Assembly (NCBI RefSeq): GCF_006345805.1
Contig: NC_042998.1
Span: 170,562,001-170,626,000, forward strand
Direction: 5' to 3'
DNA: 64,000 bases
Source of the DNA: Octopus sinensis
Lineage: Eukaryota
How positions within the stretch are numbered: the first letter of the stretch is position 1; each line of letters starts with the position of its first letter. A model generated the notes under the pieces. The model did no database searches. It saw only the letters and a program-made list of their open reading frames with translations, and was not told where the DNA came from. Below are positions 10,876 to 23,732 of this stretch, one piece after another. A program made the position numbers and the translations under genes.

Positions 10876-11271
10876 ACTCTCTTTACTCTTTTACTTGTTT
10901 CGGTCATTTGACTGCGGCCATGCTGGAGCACCGCCCCTAATCGAGCAACTCGACCCCGGGACTTATTCTTTTTGTAAGCCCAGTACTTATGCTATCGGTC
11001 TCTTTTGTCGAACCGCTAAGTGACGGGGACGTAAACACACCAGCACCGGTTGTCAAGCAATGCTAGAGGGACAAACACAGACACACAAACACATACACAC
11101 ACATACATATATATATATATATAATATATACGACAGGCTTCTTACAGTTTCCGTCTACCAAATCCACTCACAAAGCTTTGGTCGGCCCGAGGCTATAGTA
11201 GAAGACACTTGCCCAAGACACTGAACCTGGAACCATGTGGTTGGTTAGCAAGCTACTTACCACACAACCAC
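10876..11271 (-). mobile_element. Same SINE family, full-length copy
   Basis: Colinear with 9724-10117. Confidence 0.85.
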
Positions 11272-11400
11272 TTTTAATATGCGGAAAAATACGGAGATTA
11301 TGATTCTGAAAAAAAATTTCAAAAAATCTTTGTAAAATTTTTTTTTTCTAGATATGCAGAAAATCATGATTCGGACAAAAATTTTAAAACATTTCTGTAC

Positions 11401-11562
11401 TTACGGTTAGGATTAGGGTTTTAGAGTTTTGGGGTTTTAGGGTTAGGGTTAGGGTTTTAGGGTTAGGGTTGGGGAAAAAAGTCAATATCATGATTCAGAC
11501 AAAAATTTCAAAACATTTCTGTACTCACGGTTAGGGTTAGGGTTTTAGGGTTAGTGTTGGGG
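11401..11562 (+). repeat. Interstitial TTAGGG/TTTTAGGG-like repeats in a ~120-bp tandem duplication
   Basis: ggttagggttagggttttagggttagggttgggg at 11440-11474. The unit tcatgattc.gacaaaaattt.aaaacatttctgtact.acggttagg occurs at ~11365 and ~11488. Confidence 0.8.
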
Positions 11563-12084
11563 AAAAAAAGTCAAAATTGAAGAAGTTAGGGAAAAAGGAG
11601 GAAAAAATTTCACAATGCCGATTTTTGACAATTTTCCAGAACCTCCATATCCCAAAACGGGAATTTTTGGCAAAAAAAAATTACAAAATTAAACAAATTT
11701 GGGTGAAAATAGGTGGGGATGAGCAGAAGTCTTTCCCAGAATCACTCCTCACCTTGAAAATGCATTCTACATTAATTCACATATTTGTTTTCTTGTGATT
11801 TACCTTACCTTTATTTCGCATTGTTTTTGGCCTTACCCATGATCTTTTATACAATATTTTTTTTAAAGTTTTTTTTCGGTTTCCTACGTTTTAGATGTCG
11901 GTGATTACAAATATACAAAAATATAAAACATGTTTTCAAATCCCGCCCCGTCACCCTTAATTTAGAATTTTGAACTTTTTTCGAAATTTTTTTAAAACCG
12001 CCTTTTCCAAATTTAAAATCCCCAACTCAACCTCCCCTTTCCCAAAATTTTTAATTTTTCAACTTTCACCACCACCCACTTCAG

Positions 12085-12128
<44 letters not shown>

Positions 12129-12156
12129 TAGATAGATAGATTGATAGATATGAATA

Positions 12157-12656
12157 CAATGATCCCTCGCTACTTCACAGTTCAACTACCACGGATTCAT
12201 GACTTCACGGATTTTAAAAATATATATATATATATTTATGAACACCTAACATTTTTCATTAAATCTATTAAAATATTAATAATAAATATTATTTCCTAGA
12301 AACAACAAAACCAGAGTAAAATAGCAAAAAAGCATATACAGAGGTATTTGAACTTAAGACGGGCTGTGATTGGTGCAATGGAAAGAGACAACGAACCACA
12401 GCTTTGTATTTTGTAATCTGGCCTGTGTAACGGTAACAATCTTTATTTTTAAAAATTTAAAGTGTTATTGCTTAACAGTTGTCCTTGTTATTAATAGACT
12501 ATTGTAATGGGTGGGTTGTTAACAGTACAGGGAGGGTTTTAAAAGTCCAAATACACGTTAAATAAGTACTGTAAATATGGTGTCCCTACTTCGCAGAAAT
12601 TCAGTTAGCGCGGCCATTCTCGGAACCAATCTACCGCGATAAATGAGGGATCACTG
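12157..12656. mobile_element. pogo/Tigger-type (Tc1/mariner) MITE
   Basis: TA|caatgatccctcgct...aaatgagggatcactg|TA: imperfect TIRs and a TA target duplication. Confidence 0.75.
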
Positions 12657-12879
12657 TAAACGAATAGGCAGACAAATAAATAAATGGATGAAAAAGTTCA
12701 AAGTTTAAAATTGGGAGAGGGGTGAAATTTCAACCTGTTATTAAACTTTATAACATTAATTATTAAACATACTAGCTGGCACCATGCCATCAAAAATGAC
12801 GGCTAATTTCAATATTTTATATATAAATTAGCAGAGATACTCGGCTTTGCTCGGGATTAAAATGGCATAATTTTTTTAG

Positions 12880-13045
12880 TGTTTTAGTTTCAGTTGTGTA
12901 ACTGCGACTATGCAGGAGCACTGCCTTTGGTCGAAAAAATCGACCACAGGATTTGTAAGCCTAGTACTTACTCTATCAGTGTCTTTTGCCAAACCACTAA
13001 GTTATGGGAGCATAAACACAGCAATATCAGTTGTCCAGCAATGGT
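12880..13045 (-). mobile_element. SINE 3' (CORE-like) fragment
   Basis: Diverged match to 9724-9895. Confidence 0.7.
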
Positions 13046-13132
13046 GGGGGTACAAACACACACACACACAAATATACACATATATACGAGTCTTCTTTCT
13101 ACACACATATATGTATATATACATATATATAT

Positions 13133-13165
<33 letters not shown>

Positions 13166-13458
13166 CACATGCACACACATATATATATGCATATATACAT
13201 ACATATATATACATAAATATACATATATATATATAATATATATAAATATATACATACATATAAGTACATACCTACATATATATGTATATATACATGCATA
13301 AATGGGTACAGGACATCAAAAAAAACATTGAACACAATGAGAAACGAAAACATAAAAGCAAAAACATAGAAATGAACTTTTTTCAAACAACGAAAAAAAA
13401 AAACAAAGAAGCAAGACATACAACAGTTGTCTTCAGTTGTCTCTGTTTCATCTATATA

Positions 13459-16400
13459 TATAGTGGCTTCATGCAGGCATAGTGTGAATTTAATCCTCAA
13501 TCACCAAATTTCATGTAACAGTTCAACAGCACTTTTCTCATGATAAAACAACAGTTTTTCTGTGAGTGACAGCAGTTACATTTGCCAGATGCCTTCGCCA
13601 AGCAGAATAATGTCTTTGCCACTTGACCCTTCTAACCTCTTCTAGGCCACCAAAAGCTAGACTAGAGATAACAGACTTCCAACGAAATCTATTGTTCTCA
13701 ACAACATGTCTATCCTTCTAGATGGTTTTGGATAGTTATAAATACTAGAATTTGGTGAGGCAAAATCAGTTAGTGAGAGCAAAAGTTAGTGAACGGACAA
13801 CTAGAGTCATGGCCACAAGCAGGCAGCCACTAAAGACAAACAGCCAGAAGGAGAAAGAAAGTTAGAATCAGTAGCTATGAGACACAACTTCCCTCAACTC
13901 TCTCACTCTCACTGGCTCACATTCTTTTCTCTAGAACTTTACCCCATCTCTATATGTAGGTTACTACTACACAGCGAAGAGAACACAAACACCAACTATA
14001 CAAGGAGTGAACTTCCTTTATCTCACATGTCCTTCCATTTATATTATATCCCACACCCGCTTGTTGAGATATGGCACTATATCAAATAACTATAAATAAA
14101 TATTTCTTTACAACTTCGATCACTGTTCTTCTTCCATCTTGCGCATCTGCAACAGCAACACCCGATACAATTGCTAACTGCCAACTCCAACATATATCAT
14201 AATGCAAACTGTTACACTGATGACCACTGATTCCACCTTAACCAACCAATAGCAATACTGTCACATACAATTGGTGACCCTGACTAGAAAGAACTACTTT
14301 CTTTTGATATGACAAGAGCCATTATATATTGTTACAACTACCATAACAGGCATCGATTACACTGGTGACCCTGTCTAAAAACAAGTGCTACATTCTAATG
14401 CTACAAGTCGCTGCATTTTGCTGACTTCAAACTAAAGAACTATAGTTTTCATCTCAACAGTTGCTAAACTAGAGAAAAAGAATAACAACCTTTATTACCA
14501 CCAAGATGCAACTTCGTTCCACTTCTTACAGAACACGCAACAGAAAGCACTATACTGTGATGCAAACTGCAATTAACTTCACTACAACGCAACCCTGCCA
14601 ATGCACAAAGAATTCGCTAACCATGGAACCCTGATTTAACTGGAAGAAAATGCAAAAGCCCACACATGCATCCTTTTCGGCTCACACATGCTTTTCATCT
14701 CATCCCGATGTACAGACCCTGCATTTTCTGCGAACTTTTGCACATATATAAAACTCTCATATAAACTTTCAACAACTCTTTTTCTTTGCATGCACATTTT
14801 TTTTTCACTTTCCATAGTAGACTTTTAACAAAGGACACTATTTTCAGCTAAGATTGCCAACTTTTGTTTACTCATTTCTGTACCATTCATTTCTTTTGCT
14901 GCACCACACAATGCTAAAACTGTCACATTCATGCAGCACAACATGCCTTTCTCGCTTGTCTTCAAGCTCCCTACACCCTTACAGACACTACTCGCCTCTG
15001 TAAGACCCTAGGCTGGTCACATATACATAGAGAAAGTTGTTCGTCCCTTACAATGTGCCAGCATGCCACACTTTTGCTCCTGCACATTCAAGGCATTTAC
15101 TACCTCAACCATTGGCATATTCAACACTGTATTTGTTATCACTGCATTAACATACTACTTCAGCTATGAGCCCTTTTGCACAACCACACACACCTCTATT
15201 ATGCCTACTGCCTTGTTTTTCAACACATCTGTGCCAGCTCAGCTCAGCTCTTTTCCCTACTTGATGCACGTCAGATGGTCACATGCCCTGCGCTCATGTT
15301 TAGACATAATTTCCCTCTGTTAGACCCCTGTTTGGTCACATAATGAAGAAAATTACCTGTCTTGCACATCACTCCAGCATACTGCACTGTTTTTCTTGCT
15401 AACTTCAGCAATTATCCATGACAACAGTACCAGACACATTTCACTTCTGAAAAACCTTCAAGGCATTTCACACACTGCAATCCTGCAGGAAGATCTTCAA
15501 TATCATGGAATGAGAATAAACTCACTCACTCGCCTGGGCTTATTTTACAGTGAATTTTCATACGTGCACCTGTACTCACGTATACACCCCCACGTGCTTG
15601 CAAGCACTAACTCATTTTCCGTACTGCACAGTTACTGACTGCACACATTTTTGCATGCAAAGCAACATCACTATTCAGACTTATCCGATCAGAAAATTGT
15701 CCCGCATACACTTCAATGATCCTCTCTCCTGATATGCAAAATTTTTCTTCAGCCATGCATTTCTTTCAATCACTCATTTCCTTTTTCTGGAACCTCTCTG
15801 GAGGGGGAGTGATGTAGTGGCTTCATGCAGGCATGGCATGGATTTGATCCTCAATCACCAAATTTCACTTAAAAGTTCAACAGCACTTTTCTCATGGTAA
15901 AACAACAGTTTCTCTGTGAAGGACAGCAGTTATATTTTCCAGATGCCTTTGCTAAGTAGAATAATGTCTTTACCACTTGACCCTTCTCACCTCTTGTAGG
16001 CCACCAAAAGCTAGAATAGAGATAACAGACCTCCAACAAAATCTATTGTTCTCAACAACATGTCTATCCTTCTAGCTGGTTTTGGATAGTTATAAATACT
16101 AGAATTTGGTGAGGCAAAATCAGTTAGTGAGAGCAAAAGTTAGTGAACGGACAACTAGAGTCATGGCCACAAGCAGACAGCCACTAAAGACAAACAGCCA
16201 GAAGGAGAAAGAAAGTTAGAATCAGTAGCTATGAGACACAACTTCCCTCAACTCTCTCACTCTCACTGGCTCACATTCTTTTCTCTAGAACTTTACTCTA
16301 TCTCTATATGTAGGTTACTACTACACAGCGAAGAGAACACAAACACCAACTATACAAGAAGTTAACTTCCTTTATCTCACATACCCTACCACTTATATTA

Positions 16401-16561
16401 TATCCCACACCCGCTTGTTGAGGTATGGCACTATATCAAGTAACGATAAATAAATATTTCTTTACAACTTCAATCACTGTTCTTCTTCCATCTGCAACAG
16501 CAACACCCAATACAATCGCTAACTTCCAACTCCAACACATATCATAATGCAAACTGTTACA
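13459..16561 (+). mobile_element. Non-coding LTR retroelement: LTRs 13459-14216 and 15813-16561, ~1.6-kb internal region
   Basis: Two ~750-bp direct repeats with T(G/A)TAG...TTACA ends. A polypurine tract ggagggggag at 15800-15809 lies just before the 3' LTR, and TGGTGACCCTG primer-like sites lie downstream of the 5' LTR. No recognisable gag/pol. Confidence 0.75.
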
Positions 16562-16632
16562 CTGGCAACCAACACCTTAATACATATATATACACACATA
16601 CTTACATAGATATATATGATGATGATGATGAT

Positions 16633-16670
<38 letters not shown>

Positions 16671-16726
16671 CATATATATATACAGTAAATGAAGTATAAG
16701 GATTTCGGTCCTCACCTCCTTTATAT

Positions 16727-17091
16727 TCTTTTATTTATTTGTTTCAGTCATTTGACTGTGGCCATGCTGGACCACTGCTTTTAGTCAAACAAGAACTTAT
16801 TCTTTGTAAGCCTAGAACTTATTCTATCGGTCTCTTTTGCCGAACTGCTTAGTTACAGGGACGTAAATACACCAGCATCGGTTGTCAAGTGATGGTGAGG
16901 AGAGAAACACAGATACCCAAACACACACATATATATATAGATGACAGGCTCATTTCAGTTTTCCATCTACCAGATCCACTCACAAGGCTTTGGTCGACCG
17001 AAGGCTAGCGTAGAAGACACTTGCTACGCAGTGGGACTGAACCCAAAACCATGTGGTTGGTAAGCAAGCTACTTACTACACAGCCACTCCT
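16727..17091 (-). mobile_element. Same tRNA/CORE-like SINE family
   Basis: Colinear with 9724-10117. Confidence 0.85.
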
Positions 17092-17127
17092 ACACATACA
17101 TAGATATGTATATATACATATATATAT

Positions 17128-17180
<53 letters not shown>

Positions 17181-17239
17181 TGCATACATATATATAAATA
17201 TATACAAAATAAGCAACAGGATATCAAGAAGTAAGTGAT

Positions 17240-17323
17240 GCAGTACGGCTATTTCAAGTGGCTCTATTTAATTGAACAATGCAATCATTACATCAATTTA
17301 AATGCAGGGCTATCATCAGCTGC
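17240..17323 (-). ncRNA. Degenerate type-I hammerhead-like motif
   Basis: GCAG CUGAUGA...GAAA UAGCC GUA CUGC. Core and stem I are intact; stems II and III are poorly paired. Confidence 0.4.
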
Positions 17324-18869
17324 TCAAATAAATAGAATTTCAATCAGTTGGACACATTAATATAATTTTACTCAAATACTTTAACAGAGCAAGAAGATGG
17401 AAGAAATTCATGTTGTTGCTATAGTAGCTAAGAATATACTACACTTCCAAGAAAAGCATGAAGCTTACTTGGGTCATAACTTGTAAAGGATTGTGGTTCA
17501 TTTCAGATTTATTTGTCTTTTATCAACTACTAAATCTAAAACTAAAGGACTGTGTCTGTTTGGAATGCATGGCAAGAGTGAGTTGACAGCCCATGGCTAG
17601 GTATGGTCATAAATATTATCAAGATATTAGGTGTAGTAAATTGGGTATAAAATAACTGTCTATAAAGGAAGCTGGGTAAGGGAAGACCCTAAATCATAAT
17701 GTTAATTACCAGTTAAAGGGGCAAGACACTAATAAAACCTATGATGTTAATACAGAGGAAACTTTATCATGGGGTACTATGGGTGATCATTTATAAACAA
17801 TACTGTTATGTTGTATAAAGATAAAATTTAAGATTCTCAAAAATGATATCACCAAAATAGGTAAAATGTGTATATATACATATCAATTTTCAACCTTAAA
17901 AAGAAAGATTACATAGAATCAGTTTAATATTCATTCATGTACTTAATTGTATGCTTATTCAGTGGTTTCGATAAAGACTGCTCTGGGCATTTACTTATGG
18001 AATACTGGAAAGATAAACATGCTATGTATGTAGTAATTATAAACCAAGAATCAGAGAAATAAAGATGTGTACAGATACATGCACATATTTCTCTATGTGC
18101 ACACATACACAAATATTTATACAATTATATGGATATAGTATAACCATCTCGCATAGACTTAAGTAACTAAAAAGTATCTATTTACAAACAAGAAATATAA
18201 CAATTTATAAGGGATAAGGTGTTAATAGGTTATGCATATATACACATATACAAATATTTATATGTTTATATGGATATAGTATAACCATTTCACATAGACC
18301 TAGTAGCTGAAAAATCTCTAAGAACAGTAACAATTTTAAGGGTTAATAAAATAAAATAAGAATTTATAGAAAATGATAAGAAATATATATAACTTACATT
18401 TAAAGAGACGGTATTAAAATTTGAGGTAGGGAAGAGATAAAGGAAACCCTAAGAGAAGAGGTAGTAGGTCTGGGAGAAGTATGGGCAGTTGGAGGTATTC
18501 CAACTGAAGATATTTTTTTAAGTTGCAATGTTACAGGTACTATTACACCTATGATTTTATAGTTTCTCGTGGGTATATAATTAGGAGAATTACATAAAAG
18601 CCATTACAAATATACATAATATGATCAGTAAAATATATAGGGTGGCAAATATTTTTAGAAATTTAACCACCAGTGGCCTGGCATGTATAAAAAGTCAATA
18701 GACAACATATTTTCAATATAAAATAGTGTACATTTAAACACAAGAGAAAACTACCTTTAACAGGCAATTTTTATAAGCTAGAAGAAGCAATCAAAATGAC
18801 CAAAACAACATTTAAGAGCAATTTTCGAAGGGAATGAAAAATAAAATCTTTTACCTTGTTATTTTCTTA

Positions 18870-18940
18870 CGGTTATACCTAGATTTCAGATTTCTTTAGC
18901 AAATAAAATAATTTGCTAGGCGAATCCTCATCAGTAACCG
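18870..18940 (-). ncRNA. Type-I hammerhead ribozyme motif, well formed
   Basis: CGGUUA CUGAUGA GGAUU [cgcc UAGCAAAU-uauuuu-AUUUGCUA aaga] AAUCU GAAA UCUAG GUA UAACCG: 6-bp stem I, 5-bp stem II, near-palindromic stem III, canonical core. Confidence 0.7.
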
Positions 18941-20779
18941 TTCCATAACAATTAACATATAAATTAGAGACAAATAACACATGTCTCATCATTATATGTT
19001 ATAATTTTTTCAAAATTCACCGCGCAAGCACAGTTTCAGTCGGCAGTAAATGAAAAAAGCCGAACAGATCTTCGAAATGCTGAAATCATATTCATAAAAT
19101 ATATAGAGTGGCAAATATTTTTAGAAATTTCACCACCAGTGGCATAGGATGTATAAAAAGTCAATAGACAACATATTCTCAATATAAAATAGTGTACATT
19201 TAAGCAGAAGAGAAAACTACCTTTAACAGGTAATTTTTTAACTTTTTTTAGTTTTTATTTTTCATTCCCTTCGAAAATTGCTCTTAAATGTGGTTTTGGT
19301 CGTTTTGACCACTTCTTTTAGTGTGTAAAAATTACCTGTTAAAGGTAGTTTATATGATAATAATACTAGGGAATATAATTCCAAACTTACGGGGAAAAAT
19401 TCAATTTAGCAATTCTAAATCAAATTTCACAATATATAATATATGTATATAATTTAGAGAAAACCCTCTATTAAGCAATTCAATATTGAAAGACATTATT
19501 CACACCATATAGAAAAAATTAAATATACTATAAAAAACATTATTCTAAAAATCAATAACGTACATAAACAATAATTAGTAAATTGACTATGCGCATCTCA
19601 TAGCTATGTCTTCAAATAGATAATAATAAAATCAATTCGATTTAAAATTAAATTGATCTAAAATTAATTCTTTTTAAAAAATATAGTCACTCATCAGATC
19701 TAAAATAATAATAATGATAATAAAAATAATAAAATAAATGTACGTGTCTTAACTTATAATAATTAACACAAAAATATAGAAAAATGCGTGTTTTGACAAT
19801 AAATAATCGAATAAAATTTAACAATATTACTTAAAATAAAATCATAACTTTTTGAAGAATTTCTGTTAACTAAAATTTTAAATGTAATACATAGAACTTA
19901 GCGTTTATAAGAAATTTATCACGTGAAAACATGGCGTAAATAAAAATTATAGAATAAATAGATAGAAATATGTATTAAAGCTATGTAAAAATGACAAAAT
20001 GTATTTTAGCTGTGAGAATAAGAGAAAAAATTAACTGTAATATACCATTTACTGGAAAATTTTAAAGTCTAAATAATTTAAAACTAAAATACATAAAATA
20101 CATAATATGCATAAATGAAGCTAAATTTCTATAATTTAATCTATTTTCATTAATTAATTTGTTTTATAAACATCTTAGTTAATCTTATTCTAATTATGTA
20201 ATATACACTATATAATCTCATACTAATTTATACACATTCTACTACTACAAATTATAACTACAACAATTAGTAACATAAAATAGAGTTTATATATATATAC
20301 ACAAATTAGCTAAACTTATTATATAAGTAATTTAACTTATGTCTACATCTAATTTTTCATTCACCATATGATGCCAGATAATTGACATGCATGACTGTGG
20401 GGGGGGGGGATACATACATATACATCCATACACACACACATACACACATATATATATATATATCATTGTCCTGTCTTTTACTGTTTTTACTTTTTATTGT
20501 TTTTACTGTTTTGTTCTCACTGTCCTGTTCTTATTACCACTTTCACCCTCTGCAAAAAATCCAAAATTTTATTTAATCTGCTTTGCAGGAAGGAGTATTT
20601 CAATGAAGTCGCATCTTGTCCTTACCTTCGAAACATGGAGTAGATGAAACAGGGACAACTGAAGAAGGGGAATTTGTATGTCTGGTTCCCTGTTTTTTAC
20701 GTTTGAAAAAAAGTTTGTTTCTATGTTTTTGTTTCTCCTTGTGTACAATGTCTTTTTGATGTCCTGTACCCATAAATGC

Positions 20780-20907
20780 ATGTATATATACATATATATG
20801 TAGGTATGTACATATATGTATGTATATATGCATATATTTATATATTATTTATATTATATAAATATATATATATATATATATATAATATATATAATATATA
20901 TATATAT

Positions 20908-20976
<69 letters not shown>

Positions 20977-20994
20977 CATATATATATATAATAT

Positions 20995-21025
<31 letters not shown>

Positions 21026-21064
21026 CATACATATATTATATATATATATACATACATACATATA

Positions 21065-21129
<65 letters not shown>

Positions 21130-21268
21130 CATACATACATATATATATAATAACATACATACATATATATATATATATACATACATACATATATATATAT
21201 ATAACATACATTATATATATATATATATATACATACAACATATATATATATATATATACATACATTTA

Positions 21269-21308
<40 letters not shown>

Positions 21309-21364
21309 CATATATATGGATGGATGTGTTGTGTATATATATATAAATATACATCTATACATAC

Positions 21365-21412
<48 letters not shown>

Positions 21413-21532
21413 AAACATTACGTATATAATTATTATATAACAATGTTTTAAATATGCCTTAAATGGTCCTCTTACTGAACACTACTTGGTAATATCAATT
21501 ATAATTAATTGATTTTACCTTTTATTATTGAT

Positions 21533-21575
<43 letters not shown>

Positions 21576-21595
21576 CATCCATACATATATACAGA
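20780..21595. repeat. Long compound (TA)n/(TACA)n microsatellite
   Basis: Direct reading. Confidence 0.95.
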
Positions 21596-21657
21596 TATTC
21601 GGGGTGAGTACTTGATAATTGTAAGCACCTGTATATACCGTTTGGTGGTGTAGGTGG

Positions 21658-23564
21658 TGGAGTAAATTAATCAAAATAAAATTAATCAAAATAAAAACAT
21701 GATGCCAAGGATTCAGCGGTACATATGTTTCGGGCCTTTATTAGACGGATTTATAACAATGCATAATGTATGTCTGTGGCCTTCTTCAGCCGCGCACAAC
21801 AACTTCCACAAGGACATGTATTACATCAAAAATTCTTGGTTGGGGATGCAAATCCTCTCATTCGCGTACGACATAATGCGGCAACAGCATAAAAATGAAG
21901 CGTCAATCTCGTTCTTCTCTCAATGTAGAATGAGGAAATTTTGATGTTGAAGTAATGTAAATAAACTAATAAATAAATATATACATATATAATATATAAA
22001 TGCAGACAGACGTGAAGGAACCTGGTAATAAGAGTAAATAGAGATAAAGATGGAGGGGCGAGAATTCAGGACGAAGGATAAAAAATATATAAAAAGTGTA
22101 AGTATAGAAAAATATAAAAATGTAGAGTATAAAGATATAAAGAGATATAAAAAATATTAAAAAAATATAAAGGTATAAAGTTATAGAAATAAAAATAATA
22201 AAAAAAGAAATAAAAATAATAAAAAATGTAAAAGAATATAAGGATAAGGGATATATAGTAGTTACGGACCAAACATGGTGGTCAGGGAAATGACAAATTC
22301 TGGTTGTAGAAGTCTTGGGTGTCATAAATCAACAGGGGCGTCTGGGGACTTAGTGTATTGTAAATCTGAGTTGTTGAGCAGCTTATCTAGTTCCTCTAGT
22401 TCTTCGCAACGTATTAAGTGGTCATCTTGTACATACGTACGTATGGATACATACACCCATATACACGTGTACATATATGCACGCATACCCAGCCACAAGC
22501 ATATAAGCGTACATACGTACTCACATGTAAACATATACAGATACACATATACACACACACACATGCGCATATATATATACACACAACAGAATATGCATAT
22601 ATATACACGGACAATATACATGTACATATACATATACACACACATACGTATATACATATATATATATACACATACACATATATATGCACATGTATACATA
22701 TACATACATACACATATACATACACACACGTGTATATATATACACTCACACCCATACCCACACACGCACATATATGTGTGCATACATGCACACCCACGTG
22801 TGCATACATACATACACACGGACCCACGCGCACGTATCCACACACACACACACACACACATCTGTGTGTCTATACGCGCGTGTGCGCATACCCTTACATA
22901 CACATACACAGATGCCCACACATACAGGTATAGAAATAAGATATTAAAAGATGTATAAAAATTAGAAATGAAGTATAAAAATTATAAAAACTATAAAAAT
23001 TAAAATAAAGAATGAAAATAAAATTATAAAAACTATAAAAATTAAAATAAAGAATGAAAATAAAATAAGAATAAAGGTAAAGCAAAATAAAATAGGATAA
23101 AATAATAAAAATATAATCGCGTAAAGCTTAACATGAGATGAAGGTAAAAATAAAAGGTGGTTGGAAGTGTAAAGTTAAAGGTGTGTGCTAAAGGTGACCA
23201 CGTAGGGGCGGGCGGGGGGAACTGAAAATTGGAAGGGTGGGAAGCGGGGTTTGGTGGTGTGCGCTCAACATCAGAGTTAGAAATGGGAAAAGGTATAGAT
23301 ATAGGGAAACAAAAAATCTAGATAGGAAGAATGTAGGTGTAGGAGAAGAAAAAACATATATGGGAGACAAAATGTGTATATATAGGAAAACGGGATGCGC
23401 TGGAGCCGACAGGTTGCATCGGGTGGGGGGAAATTGCATGGGGGAGCTGGTATAATAGCCTAAGCTTTGTAGTATTTGAAAGTATTAATAAGTTTGTGTA
23501 TACAGGATGGTTTGAACTCTGACCTTTTGTTAATAAGATTGTGTTTCTCCTTGAATTTCAAGAT
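21658..23564 (-). mobile_element. Penelope-like element 3' end, inverted copy (left arm of palindrome)
   Basis: Reverse complement of 23627-25514, with scattered substitutions and microsatellite differences. Confidence 0.85.
21716..21793 (-). ncRNA. Penelope-type minimal hammerhead motif (left arm)
   Basis: GCGG CUGAAGA A GGCC...GGCCC GAAA CAUAUG UA CCGC, with palindromic stem III ACAUAUGU. Confidence 0.65.
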
Positions 23565-23732
23565 CAGCTGCACCTTATTTAAACAATAGAGCAGGATGCC
23601 AACTATGTTGTGTAGAACTCCTGAATATCTTAAAATTCAAGGAGAAACACAATCTTATTAACAAAAGGTCAGAGTTCAAACCATCCTGTATACACCAACT
23701 TATTAATACTTTCAAATACTACAAAGCTTAGG
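23561..23732 (+). pseudogene. C-terminal end of a Penelope GIY-YIG endonuclease domain
   Basis: Manual translation RSAAPYLNNRAGCQLCCVELLNILKFKEKHNLINKRSEFKPSCIHQLINTFKYYKA* fits the Penelope C-terminal pattern PY..C.LC..E..I....L.NKRSE...C.H. Confidence 0.75.

Noticed and set aside
19480-20380. Extremely AT-rich block as a mitochondrial insertion
   Set aside because: No mitochondrial gene, tRNA or rRNA motif recognised. It would need a BLAST search to support.
20585-20680. aggaagg...ccttcgaaacatgg as a hammerhead
   Set aside because: The core and the NUH site are both missing.
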